A stretch of DNA of 64,000 bases from Candidatus Tayloriibacteriota bacterium (GTDB taxonomy: Bacteria > Patescibacteriota > Minisyncoccia > Phycocordibacterales > CAIRYW01), in assembly GCA_028286725.1 (NCBI GenBank), contig JAQBQZ010000014.1, positions 5,051 to 69,050 on the forward strand. Direction: 5' to 3'. Every line of letters starts with the position of its first letter. Position 1 is the stretch's first letter. Below the pieces are notes generated by a model that had not been told where the DNA came from, did no database searches, and worked only from the letters and a program-made list of their open reading frames with translations. Of this stretch, positions 28,884 to 38,592 are shown piece after piece. A program made the position numbers and the translations under genes.

Positions 28884-29189
28884 TCAAGGATTTTGCTGAG
28901 GTTTTTGCTTTCTGATTGTGAGAAACTTCCCAAGCTTATCCTCACGATATACTACTTTAATTTTCTCGTCTTCGGCCACTATATCGGTGCGACCATTCAT
29001 GTCTTCAAGGATGCTATACACAACAAAGTCTCCCGGACTTTTCTTTAGCTTCTGAATAAGCTCTATTTTTTGTTGAGCGGTGTAGGTGTGGGTGATATCA
29101 TCACCTTGATCCATGCAAGGACCAATAATGCAAAGGAAGGTTGCGGCGATTGAGGCAATAACGATTAGGAAAGTGCGATCAGGTTTCAT
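28884..29189 (-). CDS. Hypothetical secreted or lipoprotein-like protein
   Basis: Signal-like N-terminus ending in GPC (possible lipobox), then a small domain. Confidence 0.35.
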   Translation of the reverse strand: MKPDRTFLIVIASIAATFLCIIGPCMDQGDDITHTYTAQQKIELIQKLKKSPGDFVVYSILEDMNGRTDIVAEDEKIKVVYREDKLGKFLTIRKQKPQQNP

Positions 29190-29202
29190 GGGGTTTTGTT
29201 TG

Positions 29203-29243
29203 GTTATGGAATCAAGACAATAATTTATTTATGATCTAAATTC
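29203..29243. promoter_or_regulatory. 13-bp perfect inverted repeat in a divergent intergenic region (operator-like)
   Basis: ttggttatggaat …15 nt… attccataaccaa between the minus-strand gene at 28884-29189 and lepA. Confidence 0.3.
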
Positions 29244-29378
29244 CATAACCAATCCTTGATTTAAAAGAGCTGACAATTCGTTTATGATAATGCAACTTTT
29301 GTATCAAAAAGTCAATAATTACAGTTTATGTTCAGTAAACATCTTTATACTCTCCGCTTCTTCTGCTATACTCACTAA

Positions 29379-31181
29379 ATGTTAGAAAACATAAGAAATT
29401 TCTCGATTATTGCCCATATTGACCACGGAAAGTCGACTCTGGCTGACCGTATGCTTGAGATCACGGGGACTATCGAAAACCGCAAGATGCGGGATCAGGT
29501 ACTCGACAATATGGAACTCGAACGTGAAAAAGGTATCACTATCAAGATGCGGCCTGTTCGAATGTCCTACAAAATGGATGGTAAAGATTACATTCTAAAC
29601 CTGATTGATACTCCGGGGCATATCGATTTTTCATATGAAGTATCTCGCGCGCTCAAAGCAGTTGAAGGATCAATTCTCTTGGTGGATGCGACTCAGGGTG
29701 TGCAGGCGCAGACACTCACTACTCTTGAAATGGCAAAAAAGGCAGGGATCAGAATCATTCCAGTGCTTTCAAAGATCGATTCGCCGATTGCTCGGATCAA
29801 AGAAGTAAAAGAAGAAATAATGAAGCTTCTTGATTGTGAGGAATCTGATGTAATGGAGACATCGGGAAAGACTGGTGCAGGTGTTGATGCTTTGCTTCAA
29901 GAAATAATCAAAAAAGTTTCAGCGCCAAAAACAGAACTTGTAGGCACAAAAGGTCTTCGGGCTCTTATTTTTGATTTTCAATATTCAAATCACAAGGGGG
30001 TGATCGTGTATATACGTGTGATGGAAGGAAGCGTCAAAAAAGGGGACGAGCTTGTCTTTAAAGTTGCAGGTAAAAAATTCTTCGCACTCGAGACTGGTGT
30101 GTTTTATCCAGAAGAAACTCCAAAAGAAAATATTGGAGCAGGCGAGATCGGATATATCGTAACAGGGATCAAAGAACCTGGTATCGCATCTGTGGGAGAT
30201 ACGATCACTGGATTTAAAAATCAGCTTGAGCCTCTCATGGGATATATGAAACCAGCACCGGTTGTATGGGCATCGATCTATCCTGAAGACACAGATGACT
30301 TTGAACTCTTAAAGCAGGCGCTCGGCAGACTCTCGCTTTCTGATTCCTCTTTTTCTTATGAAGAAGAATCTTCAGGATCTCTTGGGCGAGGATATCGTTG
30401 TGGATTCCTGGGACTTCTTCATCTTGAAATTATTGCAGAGCGATTGAAGAGAGAATTTCAGCTCGAACTTGTTATTGCAACTCCATCTATTACTTATGAA
30501 GTGACTTTGAAAAATGGCAAAGTAGTCATGGTGTATTCTCCGTCTCTATTTCCTTCTCATGGAATGTACCAGTCAGTTCGAGAACCTTGGGTCAATGTTA
30601 CTATCATTACGCCTGCGCATTACACAGGACCAATTTACCAGCTTCTGTATGATCATGAAGCGGAGCTTGGTGAGGTATTAAGTTTTGGTGATGGGAGAAT
30701 GTCTCTATCTATCAAGATGCCTTTGCGAGAACTTATGCGAAATTTCTTTGATGAACTAAAAAGTGTGTCATCTGGATATGCATCACTTTCATATGAATTT
30801 GATGATATGAGGAGTGCTGAAGTGACGAGAATGGATATTCTTGTTGCGGGTGAGCCTGTTGAGGCATTCACGCGAGTAGTGGCACTTCGAAGAGTGGATG
30901 AAGATGCTAACAAAGCGGTAGAAAAACTAGAAAAGATTTTGCCAAGACAAATGTTTGTGACCAAGATCCAGGCAGAAGCGAATGGACGGATTATTGCATC
31001 TCGAACACTTTCGGCGATGCGAAAGGATGTGACAGGATATTTGTATGGAGGTGACGTGTCACGAAAGAATAAATTGCTCGACAAGCAAAAAAAAGGAAAA
31101 GCAAAAATGAAGGAGAGAGGTCAGGGGAATGTGAACATCTCACATGATGTGTTTATGAAGATGATGAAAGGAGGAGAATAA
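29379..31181 (+). CDS. lepA: Elongation factor 4 (LepA)
   Basis: IRNFSIIAHIDHGKSTLADR…DTPGHIDF…LSKID G-domain motifs and a LepA-specific C-terminus. Confidence 0.9.
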   Translation: MLENIRNFSIIAHIDHGKSTLADRMLEITGTIENRKMRDQVLDNMELEREKGITIKMRPVRMSYKMDGKDYILNLIDTPGHIDFSYEVSRALKAVEGSILLVDATQGVQAQTLTTLEMAKKAGIRIIPVLSKIDSPIARIKEVKEEIMKLLDCEESDVMETSGKTGAGVDALLQEIIKKVSAPKTELVGTKGLRALIFDFQYSNHKGVIVYIRVMEGSVKKGDELVFKVAGKKFFALETGVFYPEETPKENIGAGEIGYIVTGIKEPGIASVGDTITGFKNQLEPLMGYMKPAPVVWASIYPEDTDDFELLKQALGRLSLSDSSFSYEEESSGSLGRGYRCGFLGLLHLEIIAERLKREFQLELVIATPSITYEVTLKNGKVVMVYSPSLFPSHGMYQSVREPWVNVTIITPAHYTGPIYQLLYDHEAELGEVLSFGDGRMSLSIKMPLRELMRNFFDELKSVSSGYASLSYEFDDMRSAEVTRMDILVAGEPVEAFTRVVALRRVDEDANKAVEKLEKILPRQMFVTKIQAEANGRIIASRTLSAMRKDVTGYLYGGDVSRKNKLLDKQKKGKAKMKERGQGNVNISHDVFMKMMKGGE

Positions 31182-31189
31182 AAAAGTTA

Positions 31190-31228
31190 ATAAATAGCAC
31201 GGCACCGTAGGTGCCGTGCTATTTATAT
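31190..31228. terminator. GC-rich palindromic terminator between convergent genes
   Basis: taaatAGCACGGCACCgtaGGTGCCGTGCTattta. Confidence 0.6.
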
Positions 31229-31278
31229 TTAAAATAAAAAAAAGCGCCACGAACTTGATGAGTTGTGACGCCGGGGGA

Positions 31279-31686
31279 TCAAGGATTTTTCGCGACAGCC
31301 TTTTTAATTTCTTTTGGGTTGCCGGAAATACATTCTGAAATTTTGCGAAGGGCGACTTGATAAGTTCGATCAAGATTCGAGTTTCCTGTCTTTCCTTTAA
31401 TTCCAGGATCTTTGTGAATAACTCCCTCGCTTATGATTGTCAGTATGGGAGGTTCGTCAAAGACCTGAGACCAAGTCAGATTATACTCAATGTTCTCGAT
31501 CGTGACTTTGGCGGTCACCATCTTGAGAGCACCAATTTGAAGCTCGTTTTTTTCTTTGAGAACTTTTTGGTTCTTGGTTCGCAAATTTGACGCGATGATT
31601 TTCGCCATCTCTTTCGCATCTTTTTCCAGTGCTTTGGACACGGTTGTGAATACGAGGAGGGTGAGGAGGACGATTGCAGTCTTCAT
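31279..31686 (-). CDS. Hypothetical secreted protein
   Basis: Signal peptide MKTAIVLLTLLVFTTVSKA, then a 115-aa domain. Confidence 0.35.
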   Translation of the reverse strand: MKTAIVLLTLLVFTTVSKALEKDAKEMAKIIASNLRTKNQKVLKEKNELQIGALKMVTAKVTIENIEYNLTWSQVFDEPPILTIISEGVIHKDPGIKGKTGNSNLDRTYQVALRKISECISGNPKEIKKAVAKNP

Positions 31687-31933
31687 GTGTATTGGGGGTA
31701 GGTGAGGAGAATGTCTGGCTCTTTTGTAGAGTTGCAGAATGCAAATTACATAAGTATGTATATAATCTATATTCTAAAACCTTCTATCTCTGAAACCCAT
31801 TCATCCTTTGGCCTTATCCTTGATTTGAATGTACTGAACTGCTTATATAATGACATCATTTAATTCTAAAGTCAATTACCAAAACGAACTGTACCTTTAG
31901 GTGCAGTTCGTCTGGTTTTACTGTAGATACCAA

Positions 31934-32047
31934 TTATTTATACAATGCTGGCATGTAGAGGAGTATCATACTAATGATGATAAGTACTCCGAATACAGAG
32001 AATATGACTTTAATGTATTTCTTTGCTCGTGTTCCGAATAAAAACAT
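31934..32047 (-). CDS. Small (37 aa) hydrophobic peptide, below the ORF-track threshold
   Basis: MFLFGTRAKKYIKVIFSVFGVLIIISMILLYMPALYK, followed on the minus strand by a hairpin (cgaactgtacc/ggtgcagttcg) plus T-run at about 31885-31925. Confidence 0.25.
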   Translation of the reverse strand: MFLFGTRAKKYIKVIFSVFGVLIIISMILLYMPALYK

Positions 32048-32116
32048 GTTTTTTCTTTAAACTGATAGTGAATAGAGTATAACATAGCTTTAGGTTGTGA
32101 TAAAATGAGCTAAATC

Positions 32117-32485
32117 ATGAGAAAATTCGAAGCTCAAAAACAAATCAAAAGCAGGGTGTATTCAAGAGGTGTTCTCATTGCTCTTTTGATTGTTATTATT
32201 TTTACTGCAAAGGGGGTATTTAACATTTATCTTCGTAACAAAGAGAGTGCTACGGCTCGTGATGAGACGGCAATGAAGCTTAAAGATTTGAATGATCGTA
32301 AGGATCTTTTGAATACCGAAATATCCAAGCTCAATCAGGATGATGGTGTTGACCAGGAGATCAGAGAAAAGTTCAATGTGATTAAACCTGGAGAGAACGT
32401 GGTGATCATTGTGCCAGAAGAAGTTGCGACAACAACAGAGGAAAAACCAAGTGCTTTGAGCAAGTTTTGGCACTGGCTTTGGTAG
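32117..32485 (+). CDS. Septum-formation-initiator (FtsL/DivIC-like) protein
   Basis: Short cytoplasmic N-terminus, one TM helix (VLIALLIVIIFTAKGVF), then a coiled-coil (…LKDLNDRKDLLNTEISKLNQDD…). Confidence 0.4.
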   Translation: MRKFEAQKQIKSRVYSRGVLIALLIVIIFTAKGVFNIYLRNKESATARDETAMKLKDLNDRKDLLNTEISKLNQDDGVDQEIREKFNVIKPGENVVIIVPEEVATTTEEKPSALSKFWHWLW

Positions 32486-32527
32486 GTGATATAATAACCA
32501 CCCTTTTACTAATTAATTTAAATACTT

Positions 32528-32764
32528 ATGGCAAATAAAGTAATCATTTACAGTACACCGACTTGTACATACTGCAAGCATGTTAAAGAATTTTTCAAAG
32601 AGCATAATGTAGCTTATGAAGAATTTGATGTTGCGGCAGACAAGGATAAGAGAGCTGAGATGGTAGATAAGAGCGGGCAGCTTGGAGTACCAGTGACAGA
32701 TATTGATGGACAGATTGTTGTTGGATACGATGAGGCGACACTTAAACAGCTTCTCGCAATATAA
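32528..32764 (+). CDS. Glutaredoxin-like protein (NrdH/Grx family)
   Basis: VIIYSTPTCTYCKHVKEFF… CxxC thioredoxin-fold motif. 78 aa. Confidence 0.7.
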   Translation: MANKVIIYSTPTCTYCKHVKEFFKEHNVAYEEFDVAADKDKRAEMVDKSGQLGVPVTDIDGQIVVGYDEATLKQLLAI

Positions 32765-32772
32765 ACAAATAA

Positions 32773-32800
32773 AAAGCACTCGCTCTGGCGAGTGTTTTTT
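32773..32800. terminator. Hairpin plus T-tract after the glutaredoxin gene
   Basis: aaaaagCACTCGCtctgGCGAGTGtttttt. Confidence 0.5.
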
Positions 32801-32816
32801 GTTATAGTGCAAATAC

Positions 32817-32890
32817 GCCCTTGTAGTTCAATGGATAGAACAGTCCCGTCCTAAGGGATAGATGCACGTTCGATTCGTACCAGGGGCACA
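32817..32890 (+). tRNA. tRNA-Arg (anticodon CCT)
   Basis: Hand-folded cloverleaf: acceptor GCCCTTG/CAGGGGC, D-arm GTTC-AATGGATA-GAAC, anticodon stem GTCCC/GGGAT with loop gTCCTaa, T-loop TTCGATT (one C-A mismatch in the T-stem). CCA not encoded. Confidence 0.7.
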
Positions 32891-32937
32891 GCGAACGAAG
32901 TGAGGTGTGACGGTGAGGAAGCCTGGGAGGCTTCCGT

Positions 32938-33034
32938 GTACGAATCGAAAACCTTTTGAGCCTAAAATGAGTTTACGAAATTTTAGCCAAAAGGTGTACT
33001 GAACCTGTAAGGTTCGATTCGTACCAGGGGCACA
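32938..33034. repeat. Inverted and direct partial copies of the tRNA-Arg T-arm and 3' acceptor end
   Basis: gtacgaatcgaa (32940-32951) is the reverse complement of ttcgattcgtac (32864-32875). gttcgattcgtaccaggggcaca is repeated directly at about 33012-33034. Structured spacer hairpins gaagcct-ggg-aggcttc and ctaaaat…attttag. Confidence 0.5.
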
Positions 33035-33061
33035 ATGTTATTTTTTTGATATACTTTATTT

Positions 33062-34318
33062 ATGAAAATCTTAGTCATTGGAAGCGGGGGAAGAGAAAAT
33101 GCACTCGCATGGAAACTCAAACAGTCACCAAAAGTAACTGGTCTTTTTGCTGCACCTGGAAATCCTGGTACAAAAGATATTGCGACAAATGTACCACTTA
33201 ATTCACAAAGAGAAATCATTGAATGGCTCAAACAAAATCGAATGGATCTTGTGGTTGTGGGTCCTGACAATTATCTCGCAGATGGAATTGTAGATGAAAT
33301 ACAAAATTTGGGTATCAAAGTATTTGGTCCAACCAAACTTGCGTCAGAGATCGAATGGTCAAAATCATACGCAAAAGATTTGATGAAAGAGATAGGAATT
33401 CCAACCGCATCTTTTGAAACGTTTACTGATTTTGAAAAAGCTTTGGAATATGTAAAACAAAATAAATTCCCGACCGTCATAAAAGCGAGCGGACTCGCAC
33501 TTGGTAAAGGGGTTATCATTGCAGAAAATTTTGATGAAGCCGAAAAGGCACTTAGAGAAATAATGACTGACAAAGTATTTGGCGAGGCGGGAGATGAGGT
33601 GGTGATCGAGGAATATCTCATGGGTCGTGAGATATCAACTCATGCATTTTGTGATGGTGAGACCGTTGTGATGTTTCCATCTTCACAAGATCATAAAAGG
33701 ATCTTTGAAGGGGATCAGGGTCCAAATACAGGAGGAATGGGAACGATTGCGCCTGTGCCATGGGTGACAGAGCAACATATCGAAGATATAAAAATACAAA
33801 TAGTGATTCCACTTATTCAGGCTTTGAAAAAAAGAGGGCGAGAATTCAAAGGTCTTTTGTTCCCGGGAATTATGATCACAGAGACCGGTCCAAAGGTGAT
33901 TGAATTCAATGCACGATTCGGAGATCCAGAAACTGAAAGTTATATGAGAATTCTTGAGGGTGATTTGGTAGATATTCTTTTGTCTTGTGTTGATGGAACT
34001 TTGAAAGATACAGCAATCAATTGGTCAAAACAATCCGCTGCCACAGTAATATGCGCATCAGGAGGATATCCTGGAAGTTATGAAAAGGGAAAAGAGATAA
34101 TAGGACTTGATAAAATAACCGATAATGATGTTGTTGTATTCCACTGCGGCACTAAACTTATTCAAGATAAGCTTGTTACAAACGGTGGGCGAGTGCTTGC
34201 GGTTACAGCTGTAGGAGATACAGTGTCAGATGCTCTGGCAAAATCCTATAAAGCAATAGAAGGAATTACTTTTGAAGGAATGCAATACAGAAAAGATATA
34301 GGGCAGAAATCTATTTAA
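33062..34318 (+). CDS. purD: Phosphoribosylamine--glycine ligase
   Basis: MKILVIGSGGRENALAWKL… ATP-grasp architecture; 418 aa. Confidence 0.9.
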   Translation: MKILVIGSGGRENALAWKLKQSPKVTGLFAAPGNPGTKDIATNVPLNSQREIIEWLKQNRMDLVVVGPDNYLADGIVDEIQNLGIKVFGPTKLASEIEWSKSYAKDLMKEIGIPTASFETFTDFEKALEYVKQNKFPTVIKASGLALGKGVIIAENFDEAEKALREIMTDKVFGEAGDEVVIEEYLMGREISTHAFCDGETVVMFPSSQDHKRIFEGDQGPNTGGMGTIAPVPWVTEQHIEDIKIQIVIPLIQALKKRGREFKGLLFPGIMITETGPKVIEFNARFGDPETESYMRILEGDLVDILLSCVDGTLKDTAINWSKQSAATVICASGGYPGSYEKGKEIIGLDKITDNDVVVFHCGTKLIQDKLVTNGGRVLAVTAVGDTVSDALAKSYKAIEGITFEGMQYRKDIGQKSI

Positions 34319-34877
34319 CACTCTCTAGTTTTTGTAGTAACTTTCTCATAAATCTATGAGTATTTTTGTTGAATTTTGAAATATCTGTATTTAGTATTTC
34401 TTTAAAATCAAACCATTTATATCCATTAAATTCTCCAGGGTCAAAAATAATCTTATTTTTTGAATCTCCATTTAATATGTACCATAAACTTACATCAGTA
34501 TGTCCGGCAGTTTTGCCGACGGTTATGTCTTCTGTGAGAAAAAGAGGCTCAGGATTTATAAAATTAGCCGCAATATTTAATTCCTCTTTGATTTCTCGCT
34601 CAACCGTAGTTTTAGGATGCTCATCTTTTTCTATGTGACCGCCAGCAGGCAACCATAATTCTGCTTTGATATGATCCATGAATAGTATTTTCCTTTCATT
34701 TAAATCAATGAGAGTAAAAAAGGAGACGAGATGTTTTGGTGGTATAGCCGGCTTTTTAATTCGAAATATCTCTTCGCCACTATTTATCCACTCAATCGTA
34801 TTGTTGATCTGCAAAGCTTCCAGATCATCATACGGTTCTATCGATTCAATTATTTTTCTTATTTCGTCTCGCATGTT
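34311..34877 (-). CDS. NUDIX hydrolase
   Basis: Nudix box AGGHIEKDEHPKTTVEREIKEELNI. Start trimmed to the internal Met (track ORF runs to 34925) so it does not overlap the purN 3' end. Confidence 0.65.
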   Translation of the reverse strand, partial: NMRDEIRKIIESIEPYDDLEALQINNTIEWINSGEEIFRIKKPAIPPKHLVSFFTLIDLNERKILFMDHIKAELWLPAGGHIEKDEHPKTTVEREIKEELNIAANFINPEPLFLTEDITVGKTAGHTDVSLWYILNGDSKNKIIFDPGEFNGYKWFDFKEILNTDISKFNKNTHRFMRKLLQKLESVK

Positions 34878-34878
34878 T

Positions 34879-35523
34879 TTATTTCTCAATATCCGCACCG
34901 CGCATTGATTCTGGATTCTTCCCATCCCAACTTATTTCTCCATTTACTATTCGATTAGTAATAATTGGCTGCCATTTGTGTTCAAGCGCATTCACTCGAG
35001 CGAACAATGTTTCTGCTGTGTCATCAGGAAGTATCTCGACTTTTCGTCGGAAAAAGATTGCGTTCGGATCATCGTAGGTGTCAGTTACAAAATGCATTGT
35101 GACACCTGTGTATGTGAGCTCTCCTTTTTTGTATGCATCAATCACAGCTTCATGAATGTGATGTCCGTAAAATCCAGTACCTCCAAATTGAGAGGGAAGG
35201 AATGCGGGATGAATATTAAAAGTTTTTTCAGGAGGCAATCCTTCAACAAACCCAAGCCAACCTGAGAGGGCTACGAAGTCTGCTCCGGTCTCTTTATAGA
35301 TTCTTTTGTAGTCTTCCGCAGCTCTGCCTTTTGGAGAATATATAAAAGGGATGTTGAATTTGGCGGCTTTTGCTTTCACTCCGCCGTTTTCGTGATTTGA
35401 TACGACACCGACGATCTCAGCACTTAAAACCCCATTTTGACTTGCTTCACAGAGTTTTTGGAAGCCTGAGCCTCCTCCATCTTTGGATCCTGAAGCGAAT
35501 ATGAGAAGTTTTGGCTTGCGCAT
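34879..35523 (-). CDS. purN: Phosphoribosylglycinamide formyltransferase
   Basis: LLIFASGSKDGGGSGF…NIHPAFLPSQFGG…HHIHEAVI. 214 aa. Confidence 0.8.
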   Translation of the reverse strand: MRKPKLLIFASGSKDGGGSGFQKLCEASQNGVLSAEIVGVVSNHENGGVKAKAAKFNIPFIYSPKGRAAEDYKRIYKETGADFVALSGWLGFVEGLPPEKTFNIHPAFLPSQFGGTGFYGHHIHEAVIDAYKKGELTYTGVTMHFVTDTYDDPNAIFFRRKVEILPDDTAETLFARVNALEHKWQPIITNRIVNGEISWDGKNPESMRGADIEK

Positions 35524-35621
35524 GGATTTAACTATAGCATATTCTGTGTTGTAATTACTCCATTGTTGTGCCTGCCTTTATGCTCGGGTATACTAAATGG
35601 TATAAACTAAATACTAATAAA

Positions 35622-38591
35622 ATGGCTTCACGGATCATTATTTCTCAAAAAGTTAGAGATGCCAGAGCAGAAACTAAAAAGATTCAGTTCAATTCTTTGA
35701 ATCTAAAAGGAAAGATAAATGATGTACTCGTTCTCGATTCATATACAATAGATACAAATATAAAAAGCGATGCTCTTACAAAAATTGCATCTGCACTCAC
35801 AAACAAAATTCTTGAGGATGGAACAATAGGAAAGCTTGATCTCAAGAATGCATTTGATTGGATTCTTGAGATTGGATTTTTGCCTGGTGTTACTGACAAT
35901 ATTGGAACAACAACAAAAGAAACAATTGAAGATCTTCTAAAATTTAAATTCTCCGAATCTGTGTATTTTTCACAGATTTTTATTTTGTCTGGAAATATTT
36001 CAAGACAAGAAGTTGAAACTATAGGGCTAACATTGCACAACCCGCTCATTCAAAGAATTCGAATCAAAAGCTATGCTGAATTTGTAAAAGAAAAAGATCT
36101 TGAAATTTTGGTTCCAAAAGTAAATCTCAAATCTGAAGACGCTGTGATCGAAGTCAATTTGAATGTGACAGATGAAGAACTCATAAAGATCGGTAAGGGA
36201 GGGGTTGTAGATAAAAATGGGATCTCACGAGGACCGCTCGCACTCGATTTGGCGTATATGAAAGCGATTCAGGAATATTTTAGATCAAAGAAAAGAAATC
36301 CGACAGATATTGAGCTTGAATCAATTGCGCAGACTTGGTCTGAGCATTGTAAGCATACGATCTTTGCAGATAAGCTCGACGAGATAGATAAGGGTCTTTA
36401 CAAAACATATATCAAAGAGGCTACTAATATCATTAGAAAAAAGAAAGGCAAACGCGATATTTGCGTTTCTGTTTTTTCCGATAATGCTGGAGCGATCGCA
36501 TTTGATGATAAATATTTAGTAACTCACAAAGTTGAAACTCATAACAGTCCATCAGCTCTTGATCCATTTGGAGGATCTATCACGGGTATTGTAGGGGTAA
36601 ACCGCGATACGATTGGATTTGGTCTTGGTGCAAAACCTGTTGCAAATATGTACGGATTTTGTCTTGCGGATCCATCTGACACTCGTGCGCTTTTCCGAGA
36701 CAAAAATCTGACACAAAAGATGCTTTCTCCAAGGCGAATTATGGATGGAGTGATTGCTGGAGTGAATGTGGGTGGAAACTGTTCTGGTATTCCAACTCCG
36801 CACGGCTTTGTATATTTTGATGAACGATTCAGAGGCAAGCCGCTCGTGTTCGTGGGAACTGTTGGCATCATTCCAAGAAAGATCGGCAAGAACTTTTCTA
36901 CTGAAAAGGAAGCAAAGAAAGGAGATTGTATTGTTGTGATTGGTGGTAAGGTGGGACAAGATGGAATCCATGGTGCCACATTCTCATCTGAAGTGATGGA
37001 TGGTGCGAGTCCTGCGACCGCTGTACAGATCGGCGATCCCATCACTCAGAAAAAACTTTCTGATGCGATTGTCAAAGAAGCAAGAGATTTAAATTTGTAT
37101 TCAAGTATTACTGACAACGGTGCAGGAGGAATCTCTTGTTCGATCGCTGAGATGGCAAAGGAGTGCAATGGATGTAAGGTAGAGCTTGAGAAAGTTCCGC
37201 TCAAATATCCAGGCCTCACTCCTTGGAAAATATGGATATCAGAATCACAAGAGAGAATGACGCTTGCAGTGCCAAAATCAAAGTGGAAGGCATTTAAAAA
37301 ACTTATGGATATGCGAGGTGTTGGCGCAGATGTTGTTGGAGAATTCACCAACTCTGGCAAATGTGTTGTGACATACCACGGCAAGAAAATCGTTGATATG
37401 GATCTCGAGTTTCTTCATAACGGATTACCTTCAAGAAATCTTGTATCAAAAGATGAAAAGATAACTTACCTTGAAGCACCAAAGCAAACATCGAAAGACC
37501 TGACAAAGATTGTGAAAGATATGCTTAAGAGACTGAATATCACAAGCTTTGAATTTATCTCAAAGCAATATGACCACGAGGTGCAGGCGAATTCAATTTT
37601 GAAACCTCTTCAGGGGCGAGGGCAAGTGAATGCAGATGTTGCTGTGATTCGTCCGGTGCTCGATTCCAAAAAAGGGGTGCTTCTCTCATCGACTTTAAAT
37701 CCAAGTTATTCAGAAATAGATAGCTACAAGATGGCTGCATCTTCAATTGATGGTGCAATACGTAGTGTCATTGCGGCAGGAGGAGATATTGAAAACCTCG
37801 CAATTCTCGACAATTTCTGCTGGTGCAGTTCAACGGATCCTGTAAGATTGGGACAGCTGAAGTCTGCTGTAAAGGCGTGTTTTGATTATGCTGTTGCATT
37901 TGGTACGCCATTTATTTCTGGCAAAGACAGTATGTTCAATGACTTTAAAGGATATGATGAAAAGGGGAATCTCATAAACATTTCTATTCCACCCACACTT
38001 CTCATTTCGTCTATAGGGGTAATGAATGATGCCGAAAAGGCGATCTCGCTTGACTTTAAATTCGAAGGAGATCTTGTGTATGTATTGGGGGGTACTTTAG
38101 AGGAACTTGGAGGATCAGAATATTTTAAATATGTAAGTGAAAAGACAAAGAAAGAATTTATTGGCAACATTGTGCCAAGTGTGGATGCGGTTAAAAATAT
38201 GAAACTTTACAAAGCGTTTACAAAATGTGCAAACAAAGAATTAGTAGCAAGCTCAATAAGTATCGGAAGAGGAGGGCTTGCTGTCGCTTTAGCTAAGTCT
38301 AGTATAGGTGGAAAGCTTGGGGCAGAAATAGAGCTAAAGAAAATCTCAAAGAAAACTTCGGGCGATGATAGGGCACTCTTTTCTGAAAGTCAGGGGCGAA
38401 TACTTGTAAGTATAAATCCAAAGAACAAAAAAACTTTTGAGGATATAATGAAAGGCAATAGCTTTACGCAGATCGGTAAAGTATCAAAAGATTCGAAGTT
38501 TATAATCAAAGGACGGGATGGAAACGAAATTGTAAACGCTGGTATTGATGCCTTACTGACAGATTATAAATCTACTTTTAAAAACTTCTAA
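35622..38591 (+). CDS. purL: Phosphoribosylformylglycinamidine synthase, PurS-like N-terminal region fused to PurL (PurSL)
   Basis: PurL synthetase core from about residue 210 (GPLALDLAYMKAIQEYF…SEHCKHTIF…) preceded by about 210 aa. Start set to ATG 35622 downstream of a TATACT -10 box; track ORF begins at 35568. Confidence 0.8.
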   Translation: MASRIIISQKVRDARAETKKIQFNSLNLKGKINDVLVLDSYTIDTNIKSDALTKIASALTNKILEDGTIGKLDLKNAFDWILEIGFLPGVTDNIGTTTKETIEDLLKFKFSESVYFSQIFILSGNISRQEVETIGLTLHNPLIQRIRIKSYAEFVKEKDLEILVPKVNLKSEDAVIEVNLNVTDEELIKIGKGGVVDKNGISRGPLALDLAYMKAIQEYFRSKKRNPTDIELESIAQTWSEHCKHTIFADKLDEIDKGLYKTYIKEATNIIRKKKGKRDICVSVFSDNAGAIAFDDKYLVTHKVETHNSPSALDPFGGSITGIVGVNRDTIGFGLGAKPVANMYGFCLADPSDTRALFRDKNLTQKMLSPRRIMDGVIAGVNVGGNCSGIPTPHGFVYFDERFRGKPLVFVGTVGIIPRKIGKNFSTEKEAKKGDCIVVIGGKVGQDGIHGATFSSEVMDGASPATAVQIGDPITQKKLSDAIVKEARDLNLYSSITDNGAGGISCSIAEMAKECNGCKVELEKVPLKYPGLTPWKIWISESQERMTLAVPKSKWKAFKKLMDMRGVGADVVGEFTNSGKCVVTYHGKKIVDMDLEFLHNGLPSRNLVSKDEKITYLEAPKQTSKDLTKIVKDMLKRLNITSFEFISKQYDHEVQANSILKPLQGRGQVNADVAVIRPVLDSKKGVLLSSTLNPSYSEIDSYKMAASSIDGAIRSVIAAGGDIENLAILDNFCWCSSTDPVRLGQLKSAVKACFDYAVAFGTPFISGKDSMFNDFKGYDEKGNLINISIPPTLLISSIGVMNDAEKAISLDFKFEGDLVYVLGGTLEELGGSEYFKYVSEKTKKEFIGNIVPSVDAVKNMKLYKAFTKCANKELVASSISIGRGGLAVALAKSSIGGKLGAEIELKKISKKTSGDDRALFSESQGRILVSINPKNKKTFEDIMKGNSFTQIGKVSKDSKFIIKGRDGNEIVNAGIDALLTDYKSTFKNF

Positions 38592-38592
38592 C

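Noticed and set aside
32990-33036. Second functional tRNA downstream of tRNA-Arg
   Set aside because: Only the T-loop and 3' acceptor strand are present. No 5' acceptor strand or D and anticodon arms can be paired, so it was treated as a partial duplicate.
35684-38170. Antisense ORFs inside purL (35684..36049, 36539..37045, 36552..36971, 37046..37384, 37886..38170, all minus strand)
   Set aside because: They are embedded opposite a highly conserved enzyme gene and have low-complexity translations, so they are spurious.
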